DNA from: Octopus vulgaris
Taxonomy: Eukaryota
DNA length: 64,000 bases
Direction: 5' to 3'
Assembly (NCBI GenBank): GCA_951406725.2
Contig: OX597827.1
Span: 73,842,001-73,906,000 of the forward strand
Every line of letters begins with the position of its first letter. Position 1 is the first letter of the stretch. A model generated the notes under the pieces. The model saw nothing but the letters and a program-made list of their open reading frames with translations. It made no database searches and was not told where the DNA came from. This document shows positions 1-11,849 of the stretch, in pieces. Made by a program: the position numbers and the translations under genes.

Positions 1-702
1 ACCCCATGTCCTAGAGTTACCAATTATGACAGAGAAGTATAAGGGTGAGAATGTCTTCACTCCACGGATCCTGTTAATCTCATATGACCTCCCCTTTGAA
101 TTTAAACGGTTCCAGTTCCCAATGAAACTAAGTTTCGCTATGTCAATAAACAAGTCTTGAGGACAATCTCTCAAGGTTGTTGCATTTTATCTTGCTTCTC
201 CTTGCTTCTCTAATGGGGAATTATATGTAGGATATTCGCGAGTTGGAAGTACCCAAAATCTTTCCATTTATACTCCAATTAAAGGACACACTCAAATATC
301 GTATATTAGACGCTCTAGATAATTAAACTGTGATCGATTTCTAAATTTTTTCAATACATTTGTTTATACTCAAATCATCTGATAGAATTCTGGCTAAATG
401 TACTTATTAACAGGATAGGAGCGCCCACAGCCGGTTCTTCTCAAATTTATGCATTTTCAGGTCTAACGTGTTCAAATATGTACTGACAATTGAAGGTGAT
501 TGCAAAGACAAAGAACTACCTGGTTTTAAAGAATTTTAAAAGTGAGAACATCGGACGAAACATGCTATTTAGATATACAGTTGGTAGCTCAGCTAATAAC
601 TGTTGAGAACTGCATAATCCATGTTTCATTTTACTATGAGATTTAAAAGTCATACTAAAATTTCATTATTTTCTTTAACCCAGACAACGCCAGGTTAGTA
701 TG
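1..702 (+). mobile_element. Helitron 3' remnant (Pif1-type helicase C-terminus)
   Basis: 27-320 translates to ...PRILLISYDLPFEFKRFQFPMKLSFAMSINKS*GQSLKVV...FSNGELYVGYSRVG; decayed terminal-hairpin-like cccagacaacgccagg near 680-697. Confidence 0.85.
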
Positions 703-1110
703 AAATATATGTGACGAGTATTAACTGTTTCTTCTGACTCGAATAATAATTTCAACTTATAAATATTGAACACTTTTCTAGCGAATGTTGATTGAGATGA
801 GACATAAAATAGGATAAATGCCAAAATAAGAGGAAGAAACTAAGTTGTGATTTTTATGGTTCGTACATAAATTCATTCTATCGTGTGTTGAAGCATATTC
901 TGTTGTGTCTGCCTTCAGCAACGCAACTTGGATAACGGACAGAGTCAACAACTATCGGAAGTGTTGCAAGACGCAACGAAAATGCTAGAAAAATTAATAA
1001 GTAAATGGGTGGAAATTTTACCGGTGATAAATTATAAGGCACTAAAAGAGAATGATTCTTTCCAGATATAACAGAATATATATATATATATATATATCTA
1101 AAAAGTATAT

Positions 1111-1244
1111 GTATTTTTGAAGGGAGCTGACTTCTCGTCGACAACCATGATTGTCACACGCTGATGAAAGGTAAACACCTTGAAACTCGGGTCCGTGTGT
1201 ATCATGAGTTGAAGACGGGGAGGATGACTCCCCTTCACAAATAC
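1111..1244 (+). ncRNA. Type I hammerhead ribozyme with very long stem I
   Basis: cacacg-CTGATGA-aaggt(aaac)acctt-GAAAC-tcgg-GTC-cgtgtg at 1155-1199; flanks continue pairing out to 1111/1244. Confidence 0.9.
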
Positions 1245-1683
1245 TGAGAGGACACAGATAGTGTGTCTATAGCCAGCTGGAGGAGATATCTTCCTGGGGC
1301 TACAAACTACAGTAGCATCCACCCTTAGGTGTTAGTCATATTCAAATGGCAAATATGCGTCACGATGTGTTACCGCTACTGTTTATAACTCGCTCTCAGA
1401 TTTATCATTGTTATATATATATATATTATTACATCAGTGTCCTAACACATAAAAGTGACCGTACAGGTAACATTACTTATTTACGTATATAATTATAAAG
1501 ATATAGTTATAAATAAGGGCTGCTGGACATGACCAGCGCCTATGCTAGAAGTAGATGTCAAATACCTACACTCCATTGTAAAACGTGTTCTCTATATTCA
1601 GTCACAGGTACGATTATTTCTTTATCGAGATAGGCTGGAGGATGAAAAGTATACGCGGCAAATAGTGTGTGCATTGGTATCTA

Positions 1684-1914
1684 TTTATTTACTACCCACA
1701 AGGGACTAAACAGAGAGAGGACAAACAAGGACAGACAAACGGATTAAGTCGATTATATCGACCCCAGTGCGTAACTGGTACTTAATTTATCGACCCTGAA
1801 AGGATGAAAGGCAAAGTCGACATCGGCGAAATTTGATCTCGGAACGTAGCGACAGACGAAATACGCCTACGCATTTCGCCCGGCGTGCTAACGTTTCTGC
1901 CAGCTCGCCGCCTT
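1684..1914 (-). mobile_element. tRNA-derived SINE, family A
   Basis: Head ggcggcgagctggcagaaacgttagc, B-box-like element, tail ...cccttgtgggtagtaaa; TSD gtgtgcattg(g/c)tatct; many copies in the window. Confidence 0.9.
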
Positions 1915-2157
1915 AACAGTGTGCATTGCTATCTGCAGGTGAACTTACCTGTGAGTGCGTATATTTTTCGCTTGTATATTAATGGTATCTTCTTCTGGAG
2001 ATCGTCGAGTAATATACTAAGTCTGTCCCTGCGCATATGCATGTGCGTATGCATGTATATGTATATGAATGCGCACGCATATGCGTGTATGAATAATTTT
2101 ATGGATGCGCGATATCATGCACGTGTATGTACATATGTATGAATATGCGTATGCATG

Positions 2158-2211
<54 letters not shown>

Positions 2212-2889
2212 AGTGTGTGTGTATTTATGCATATGCGCACATGTATATATACCTATGTACGCGCGTACGTGTATCTTTGTATTCTTCCCTCTATTTTAAA
2301 TTTTACTGCTAAAACTACCAATTACTTTGGTATCACCCCTACCTATACCTTTTCTCTACCCATACCTAAATAAAGCCCTATGATATCACCCCTACGCACA
2401 TATTTCACATTTATTCACTCCTTACTTTCTCATCTCTTCCTATCCACCCCTTCCTTCTCCTCTCCCACCCCCTCACATTATCTTGACCACCAACTGATAC
2501 TCATTTTCTCCCTTCTTTCACCCTTTCTTCTCTTTATTTTCTTTTCTTGTTTCACTCTTTTCACTTTATTCTTGTCTCTTTTATTATAAATTTTTATCCT
2601 TTTTCTTTTTCTCGCTTCCTCTTATTTTCTCTTCCTGTCTTCATTTTGTCCTATCTCCTCATTCTTATTACACACATCTCTTCCACCTCCATCTATCCGC
2701 AAATACTACCACTACATTCCCAAATTTTCCTTCACACCACAAAAACCATTCGAATGGGCAACACAGAATCCACGGCTGCATATTTAGAAACCCTCATTCG
2801 CAGCAGGGTAGCGTCCGTGGAAAACTCTCAGCACGATGTCATGTAGGGTGTTTTACCTGATGCTATCCGAAAGCAAATGTGTTTTTAAG

Positions 2890-3027
2890 CAAAAGATATG
2901 CACACGGGAGGTGAGAAAGTCTTTTACGTTTCGAGCCTACGCTGCACAACAGAAAGGAACACAGAAATAAGCAGAGAGAGAAAATTAAATCATAAAGATT
3001 TAGTGGCTAGCGATCAATCAGGGTGAA

Positions 3028-3105
<78 letters not shown>

Positions 3106-4135
3106 AATACATATATAGCGATATGTATATATATGTATGTATGTATATATATAGTAATAATTTACAAAAAAAAACAAGACGAAGACAGTTGTGTAAAAAA
3201 CAAACAGATGTATTAGTTTAACGCTCGGGAAGTGAGAATATCTTAAACGTTTCGAGCCTACGCTCTTCGGCAGAAAGGAACACAGAAATAAACAGGGAGA
3301 GAAAATAAAGAATGTTTGGTGGCAAGCAATCTATCACGGCGAATTCCGGACAGAGGGGGACAAGAGTGGGGTGTGGGTTAGACTGAGTGTGGGGATAGGG
3401 GTGGGGTATGTGGGAGTGAGGTGAAAAGGATGGAGTGGTAGTGGAATGGGTTGTATAGGGAAGATGAAGTTTGATTGTGTAGGGGTGGGGTTACGAAGGA
3501 GGGGTGCCGATGAAGGGAGAGGGGGGAAGGGAGAGGGAGGTAGGAGTGAAGAGAAGTAGGTGTTAGAGCAAGAAAGAAGAGGTGGTTGGGAAGTGAGAGG
3601 AAGAGAGGAGAGGGGAGGAGGGTTAAATGAAGAGGGGAGGAGAGTTGAGTCCATGAGGCGCAATGAGCAAAGAGAAAAGATTAATTGCTGTTCACGTCGA
3701 AGACGGGATTCCGGATGGCCCCTGTGCAAGGACAATCCGAACACAAAGTGGTGTTGCAAAGAATGACTGGTAGAACGGAAATAGCACGAGACCGCGTTGT
3801 CATTTCCGAGTCGGATTTCTCGGAGTTGTTCCGCGAACCAGTCAGCCAAGTGGCGTCCCGTTTGACCGATATATAGATTACAGAAAGAGCAGGAGATGCA
3901 GTAGATGACATTGCTAGAAGTGCACGTGAAGGAGTCAGTGAAAAGATAGGGTCGGTGATGGGTGCCTGTGAGGAGGGTGGTGTTGGAGAGGTGAGGGCAA
4001 GTATGGCAGCGTTGGCGGGAGCTGGGGAATGAGCCGGGTTGGGAGGCTGCGTTAGGGAAGAAGCTGTGGACCAAGAGGTCACGTAGGTTGTGGGCGCGTT
4101 TGAAGGAGGGGAGGGGTCATTTAGGGAAGATGTGA
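2890..4135 (-). mobile_element. Penelope-like element 3' part: GIY-YIG endonuclease plus pseudo-LTR copies
   Basis: ORF 3334-4074: RCHTC...FTCTSSNVIYCISCSFCNLYIGQTGR...RLRREQQLIFSL; repeated pLTR pieces at 2900-3025 and 3220-3335 with hammerhead-like folds. Confidence 0.88.
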
Positions 4136-4359
4136 TACGCGTGTTGATGTATGCTTTTATAAATCAATGCATTAGATTCAACCGTTTCTGCTATAACACT
4201 GTATTAAAAACAAAGTAATTTTAATAGAAAGAAAACAATCCATCATTAAATAACGATTCAGTCATAAAAACACAAACGCCATTCATTAAAATCCACTATG
4301 ATCTAAATTCACGCAATGCACTGGCAATTAAAAGTGCTATAGATGGAAAGGAATTTTAA

Positions 4360-4919
4360 TATTATTAACATTTGACGGATATTTGACCTCGTCTTGTTTG
4401 TTGTTAACGCAACATTTCGGCTGATATATTCTCCAGCCTTCATCAGGTGTCCTGGGGAAATTTCGAACCTGAGTTCTCATTGCTAAGGTATTTTCCTGAG
4501 GTTATTTTATTATTATAATCGAGCTCGGAATCTTGGGGTTAGTAACCTGCGCCCTTTACCACAACGCCATATGACCGTGGACAATTATGGACTGAATATT
4601 AGGGCTTATAAATCTAATATTTTCCTATCCTTCCTTAATACCGGTTCCCATATGCTGGTCATATCTGCACTCAGTCTGCATAAGAAGTTATTATGTCTTA
4701 GCATATGTGCTGCTTCTTTTAGTTTTCGTATTTTCCAGTGCTGTTTTATGCCTATTATGTTAACTTCGTCCCACAAGCGGAGGTGGTCTCCGTATTTTTC
4801 TATACATGATCAGCTATACCCGATTTGTCAATATCTCCTCGTGTCACAGCTTTGCGATGTTCCTTTAGGTTAAGAGCGCGGGCTACTATCCCAGGCAGTG
4901 ACCCGAATAATAATACTAC

Positions 4920-4952
<33 letters not shown>

Positions 4953-4973
4953 TAATAATAACAACAACAACAA

Positions 4974-5047
<74 letters not shown>

Positions 5048-5200
5048 TGATGATGATAATAACAACAACAACAACAACATCGGTAAAATACCTGAGGAAT
5101 GAGAACCCCGAAACGTTGTGTTAACAACAAACAAGATGCGTACAAATATCCGTGAAATGTAAATAATGTAAATAATGTACATAATTTCACATCTCTCAAA
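4360..5200. mobile_element. Inverted PLE pseudo-LTR fragments (4360-4500 minus, 5085-5200 plus) around an R4/Dong-like LINE remnant and (AAT)n
   Basis: Shared gaaa(c/t)gttg(t/c)gttaacaacaaacaaga...aaatatccgt in opposite orientations; hammerhead remnant at 4407-4450; (AAT)n at 4907-5045. Confidence 0.7.
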
Positions 5201-5666
5201 TATAGATCAGAAAAGAATTTTTGTTGGATGGATTTTATCTCCTGAGTTCATAGCCACAATATTATTAAATCAATACAAGTTTCTACCAATCATAGGGTTT
5301 GTCTCTTCTGAAGTTCAAAGTAAAATGTAAACAAAAAATTATTTCCATTCTCAAAGAATCAGTAGTGGAGAGAAAACAGTTCAAATTTCACCAACTATTA
5401 TAATGTTCTTTCAATTAACTGTATAATAATTATATACACTATTTGAACGCAAATGAACAAATGTAATTTGAACCGACAGGGCTTGTAACGTGCCGCTGGA
5501 ACTGTTAAAAATAGCAACACTGACCTTCCCGTCAAACCATACATCACTGTCTTAAAAAAGATAGGATGGTCACAGTTGGAACCCCTTGGTCATCGTCCTG
5601 CTTAATCAGGTCTAAATGAGACTAAGTAACAACAGTAACGGGAATAGCATTTTAAACAATACTTAC

Positions 5667-5924
5667 GGCTTTTCATTCGATTGTATATTCTCAGTTGAGA
5701 TATCTTGTATGGCTTATCAAACGTCACTTGCCAAAATGGGTTTCTTTCCTTCTCAGTATGTGTACATGATTTATGTATGACTCCAGGATCAAAATTGCCG
5801 TCAACCGCCTTGTCGGATGTCATGCCTACATTCCTCTCCATACATGTTCCATTAAAGAAAACTAGTGTTCCTTTCTCTCCATAAGTACTTGATTGATTTG
5901 TTTGTTTACCTTCAGCAATATTAA
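5667..5924 (-). CDS. Coding exon 7: first part of an F-type lectin (fucolectin/FTP, F5/8 type C fold) domain
   Basis: ttttcag acceptor, GTAAGT donor, 258 nt, phase 1-1; motifs NIAEGK..QSST, AVDGN, SCTHT, PFWQV, IYNR. Confidence 0.93.
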
Positions 5925-6239
5925 CTGAAAAATATAGAAGCCTGAATTAGTAATTAGTACAAAGTTGTTTTTTTTCAATATATTTTGAGAGCGTATTTTC
6001 TGAATAAGTGACATATTTCTATAGCTCCACTTTTCTGTACATAACAGTAATAAAAATGTAGTATATACATAAAATATACCAAGTTTGTATCATCCCAAGT
6101 TACCAGATGTAAGATAGCAGTTATAAGACAAAAACTTGACATTTATAAACAAAATTTTCATAAAAAATCAGTCGGAGGGGGATGGGATAAACTGATTGTA
6201 TCAACTTGATATAAAAGCAGGTAGTACTTTCACGTTGTC

Positions 6240-7685
6240 ATTATTCTCAGTTTTGAGGAATTTGGTTTGCATTGCAGTTGTATTGTGGTTTAAATATTGT
6301 TGTTCTGTTCGCTGAACACTTTGGTTTTTGCTGCTTTGTGGTGGAGGTGGCAAGGGTGTCGGGGTGCAATGTGGAAGGAAACCAGTGGAGGGACTGTTCA
6401 GGGGTGATAAGGGGGAGGGAGCTAATGTGGGGGCGGCGACCCCAATGGGTACTATCGTTGATGGGATGGAATATGCGGTGGCGTACAAGGCGGACTCGGT
6501 GGATGCAGAAGGGATCAACGAGGTGAAGAAGAATTGGGTAGAGAAGGCACTTGGGGCGGTCTTGAAGGAAGTCAAATTATGTAATCATGGTAGGTTTGAG
6601 TGCGGCAACAGTCTTAAGGGCTGATGAAGAGGTGATGTTGCCGATGTGTCATGGAAGGCGTTCCGTGGGGGTCAGCGTGGAGTGAGTCTCCCCAGACATC
6701 GACGTGGCCTGGATGGCGACCGCTGTCTTGTTCGGCAGCGACGAGGAGATGGCGGTTCCCCAGGCCACTGGGACGGAAGCATGAGGCTGGAGGGGGCAGT
6801 CCCTAAACATGGTGATGCGGGTATCGAGGGGAGTAGTAGAAGAGTTGCCGGAAGCAGTGGTATTTGACGGTGGCTAGAATTCCCAGACGCTGCAAATGTG
6901 GCCAGAAAGGCCACATTAGAGCAGACTGCCCTCTACAAGACAGCGGGAGAGAGGAGGAACCGGCAGGAGAAGGAGTAGCGCCGCCGCCACCAGCGGAGGC
7001 GGAAGGCGAGTGGGTAACACGAGGCAAGGAAAGGAAAAGAAAAAGGAAGAAACCAAGTAAAATAAATATAGAACCTCATCCCCACCCAACACCCTCCCAC
7101 AACCTTTTCCTCCCACCCGCTCCCTACAGACACTGAACTTACCCACCACAAAAAATGCAGTCAGACACAAGCCGTTCATCCTCCCCACCTTCCGAAAAAA
7201 GAAAAGAAGTAACTTTGCTATTATATATGATAATACTAATAAGGACCTGCGTGAAGAAATAATAAAAGTGGAAAAATATGAGAGTGGTGGACACTTGCAA
7301 GTTCGACAATGAACAAGGATGCCTGTTGTTGGACGAGGAGCAGAGGGAAAAGGTTATAAAATTCAAAGGAGGATATAAAATGCGGGAAGTCGAACTAGAC
7401 ATTTCAAAGATTACCATGGAACATAGATTACACGCAAATACTAAAGGAGTACGCTTTCGATATCTTACAAGTCACCAAGTACACAAAGGGAAAATGAAAA
7501 AAGGTGAAAATGAAGTGACTCAGAGGTGGGGGGCTGTGAATACTTCATTTCATCTCTCATTTTCATTTTGTCATTCATTGTAACATGCACTTTCGTTCCT
7601 TTTTTAATTTCTTATATGTCCCTACATGTCCTTGTATTGTCCCTTCTATGTCAGCCCCTTGTGGGCAATAAAAAATCGCTTTATT
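6240..7685 (+). mobile_element. Tx1/L1-like element unit 1: decayed ORF1 with zinc knuckle plus 3' tail
   Basis: RRCKCGQKGHIRADCP knuckle; W.TRGKERKRKRK basic stretch; ends ...cagccccttgtgggcaataaaaaat. Confidence 0.7.
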
Positions 7686-8505
7686 CCGAGCACTGAGGGG
7701 GAAACCTAGGCCTCGATGATAATCAGCTGGCCAGTCTGTTCCAACGTACATTCGGGCCGAAGACCCTGGACAACTTTCAGAAGTCTCAGGCATGGCAGTG
7801 TCACCGAGAAGCCTTACCTGTTCCGGACAAGCTCACAAGGCATGGTGGCCATAGTCCATCGACCTGTCCAGTATGTGAGCGGGAAAGGGAAACCGTCCCG
7901 TACGCTATTGCTCAGTGTTCGATGGTGTCAGACGTGTGGGTTTAGGCTGAACAACTCTTGTGAAGTGCAGGAAGAGTTCAGCTATCGACTGAGTCTATAG
8001 TGACAATTGACCCGCCTGATTTCCTATCGAAAGAAGGTAAGAATTGTTTTCTCATTGTAGTAGCAATTGCGAGAGAGGTGATTTGGAAGACGAGATTGAA
8101 AGGCTTAAATTCAAGTATCTTCATCTCTGGCCCTGAATTGGTGAATTACTTCACCTTTCACCTTAAAAAGAAAATAAGGCTAGAGAGAAAATGCCTGTCT
8201 ACGAAAATGTTTCATAATCGATGGAAGAATATTGCGCGAATGTTGCGTATGAACGTTACCTCTTGAATGCGACACAGGACGAGTCTCAGGCACGTGGCGA
8301 GGCGGGGCTTGTGAGGTTCGAGATGAACCCGCATCCCCACTCCATCCGTAATGTCTTCCGGTCTGTTCCATCATTCGTTTTATATAATTCTGTAAATTTA
8401 AAAATTCATTTTGTTGTTACAATCATTCGTTCATCTGAACATCCAATCAGATTGTGATGTCCCCTTCTTTGTTTTCCCTTTGTGGGAAATAAAAAATCAC
8501 TTTAT
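7686..8505 (+). mobile_element. Tx1/L1-like LINE 3' fragment (ORF2 C-terminus and 3' UTR), unit 2
   Basis: IVVAIAREVIWKTRLKGL...FHLKKKIRLERKCLSTKMFHNRW resembles Tx1/L1 ORF2 ends; tail ccctttgtgggaaataaaaaat. Confidence 0.75.
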
Positions 8506-10250
8506 TATTAGCGCAAGTTGTTACAGTCATCTCTTAACATAGTGAGTGTGATTTTGTTCGAAGTTTCTTGCCCAGAATTGTTGAAGTTTTGAAAATATTT
8601 TGTCCAGGTGTTACTGTTTGTTTTCAAAACGCATAACTTATTCAACAGTCTGGTGCTTTTTTCTTTCCAATATTTTCCTCCCATTTGGGGCGGAAAAAAA
8701 TCTCTGAAATGGATGTCGAGCGCGAGGGAGCGCGAAGTGGAAGCTACGCGTCTGTGGCACAAAAAGGAAACACAGTGAGGCAGTTGGAAAAGTGAGAGGT
8801 TATTATTGACGGAGAGGCATTGTGCGACTGCATGCAACTAATAGAAAGGGAGGGGTCGAACGCAAAGTTGACCCTTCCAGGAGAAAGAACCGAAAGAGTG
8901 AGAAAGGGTACGGTTATGTGCAGGAAAAGAAGATCGAGATGGCACCGGAAGATGCCTTAGAAAAATGCCTAGACATAATAAGAGGAGACATCTCCTTTTA
9001 TACCAGAAGAAGGTAATACATTACTCTGGAGTTAAGATTTGCTTCCCTAGAGGTGGCAGTCGAACATTCCACTGTACTAATACGAACGGAAGAATTGTAC
9101 TCCAGCCAACGTACCTAGGGAAATGTATCTCTAGAGTGAGGATTGGCAGGATTCCACCAGTGATAACGGAAATATGGATAGCGACAGCCATACTTACTAA
9201 CTCGAAGGAAGAGGCGAAAGTTGTCCAAGCAACCAGAACACAACAGTTGAATTGACGGGGTTAGGGTTTGGAATTAATTATCCAAATGAGGTCCTTGATA
9301 TAAAATTACCAGATGAGATGAAAACTGACGGTAACAGTGGAAGGGAGACCTCCCACCTGTTATTGTTGTGGCCAGAAGGGGCACATCAAAAAGAACTGCC
9401 CCAAAAATGTATAAGGAGAGAGAGATGCAGCCGAGAGCCGGAGCGAGCCTGAGAGTGCCGCGAAGATGGTGGAACATACACAAGAAGCAGCGGAGTCAGA
9501 TATACCAGGACATAAGTGAGGATTCTGAGGAGAAGTACAGTGAAGGGAAAAGAGAGAAAGAGTCAACACAACACTGAAAAGCACACATCAATGTAAAAAA
9601 GAAGGGTTGTACATAGAAACAAGACACACACCAGACAAACAAGACACAGAACAACGCACTCACACAGTATACACCACTGCTACCATCCCCGCCGCAAAAG
9701 AACTCCCGAAATCTCACACGCAGATACACAACACAGACAAACCACGAGAAAAAAACGCAGCATGCATAATGACATACAGAATAATATATCAATTGAAAAA
9801 GTGTAATAAAATTTTAAAAACACCATTAGAGTAAAACTACCCCAAGACTGTGCACCATACACGAAATCCATTTTAAAAGACAAACAAAACTACAATACAG
9901 TAAACGAAACATTCAAATCAGACATAACTTCACTGGAGTTGGAGGTGAGGTGTGACTCCTTCCTTCCGGTGGTAGAAAACAACGAACTCGCGCTATATTT
10001 TATATGGTAAAGGAAAAAATAAGTAAAATGGTTTTAAACGATTAATAATTCGAAAATTGTAAATGAACAGTAAAACGTGATTGCCTTTGGGTGGGGCTCA
10101 GCTAAGACGTTCATCCTCATTTGTAATATAATCATTCCATTCATTGTTCTGTATTTTATGTCCCCAATTGTGCTGTCTGTTCCGACCCCGTGTCCATTTT
10201 GTATCGCTCCGTCTATGTTTGCCTATTGTGGCGCGAATAAAATAATTATT
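8506..10250 (+). mobile_element. Tx1/L1-like element unit 3: decayed ORF1 plus 3' tail
   Basis: PTYLGKCISRVRIGRIPP; 9343-9402 reads GRPPTCYCCGQKGHIKKNCP (CX2CX4HX4C); starts ttagcgcaagtt, ends gtggcgcgaataaaat. Confidence 0.75.
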
Positions 10251-11830
10251 CTTAGCGCAAGTTTGCCTTGGATTGGTTTATCTCATACGGGAGGTTTGCA
10301 TTATAGGATTGTCTTTTGTTTGAACTCATCTGAGTTTTCTTTTTCTTGTTACAATATTGTCTACGTTCTGCGTTTGCAGACTTTTCGAACATATTTTCCG
10401 CTCGTTTGAGGAGGGAAAATTGTTAAGTTTGCTATATTTTGTGCCATTTATGGGAATTTTTAATTCCCAAACCATGAGTCTCTACTCTGTTGAGGGAAAC
10501 ACATTTTAAAACAATGGATAGCATGCTTAACATGCCGACAGGTAAGGTCGTCTTTGAAGATCGCCAACCAGAACAGGTGAAGAAGATAACAAATTTCGCT
10601 GCTGTAGCAGGTATCTCGTGGAAAAAACGTTGAACCGGATGCACGAAACAAACACAATGGAATGTTTCAAAGGGGAGGACACGAGTTGAAAATTACCCTC
10701 TCCAGTAAATTAAAAGAAAATAATACAAGAAAAATAATGGTGTACAAAAGTTTCGTGGCGATGGAGAAAAATTAGAAAAGGCCGCAAAAGAAGACTTGGA
10801 GAAATATCTACAACATATTTGGTCAGACATTACATTTCTAACAAGAGGGAAGAGATTTTCAACAACTGTTGTGCATTTCAAAAGTGAGGAAAATGCCAGG
10901 CAACACTCAATAAAACCATTAAAATAACTGAGGTAGTGCTGCTACCAATCTACTTAGGAAGGCCACTGCCAAAATAACGGTGGGAGAAATTCCTCCCGGG
11001 ATAGACGTTACCTGACTTTGCGCAGTACACATTATGCGATTAGAGATTAAAATATCGATCCTCGAAGCCACTAAAATTGAGCAATAAAACTGGAAAGGCC
11101 AGGGGATCTAAACAATCATTCAAGCAGCCTTTGCCCACCTCGCAGAAATTGCAGAAACTATCCAGATTGGAGAGGAAAGCATGTTACGTAAGAGCAGAGT
11201 GTCCCTCTATTCCTAGTACCATCAAGAGAAAATCTTGCCTTTCAGACACACACGATAGTCCCCCACGCCAAACCTAACACAAAAGTAAAAGAAAACAGCC
11301 TAATCTACCCCTCCCAGTCATAAAAAAGGATCCTCCCCACCTCTTCCCAACTGTAGCGAGGTTCAGTTTAGTGACAATAAAGGACAAGAATGAATTCCTT
11401 GCAGATGAACTCCAAGACATACCGATTGCAGAACTTTACAAAGAACAGTTTACCATCCTACACGAGGGAATACAAATTTATTGCATAGATAGCATAAATT
11501 TCTCCATTCCCTCATGACATAGGCTCTCCCAGAAAGGACTTCTGTCCGTCCATGTACGACGGCCTAACCAAAGAATCCTCGCAATACACGGACGAGACTG
11601 AGAAGGGAGATCCCTTCCCCAACAAAGGTAAGCTTTTTGTTAGATACACTCACTGTAGGATGTTTAAGTTTACGATGCCTGGGGTCAGACTGGAAGCAAG
11701 ATCGCTTCCTTAATGACCTCAGGTCTCATAGATTGGGTGTGATTGGATATTTTCCCATGCCAACAAGGGTGGGGGAGGGACACACTGCTCTTACGTAAAT
11801 TGGAGCGAGGTCACGAGCAGTGTGGCCAAT
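10251..11830 (+). mobile_element. Tx1/L1-like element unit 4: decayed ORF1 and probable start of ORF2 endonuclease
   Basis: Starts cttagcgcaagtt like unit 3; KAAKEDLEKYLQHIWSDITFLTRGKRFSTT and PIYLGR parallel unit 3; degenerate APE-start-like sequence near 11655-11745. Confidence 0.6.
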
Positions 11831-11849
11831 CTGACCTCAAGTAAGTTAA

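Noticed and set aside
27-320. Cellular PIF1 helicase exon
   Set aside because: In-frame stop in NKS*GQ, no splice structure, and a second decayed copy at 15160; Helitron origin more likely
878-984. Possible terminal exon (P)FSLRLATLPIVVDSVRYPSC...* in phase with exon 7
   Set aside because: Has an AG and an RL dipeptide but lacks the rest of the FTP fold (no LCEV-like strand), stops early and looks repeat-derived; the true next exon is probably outside the window
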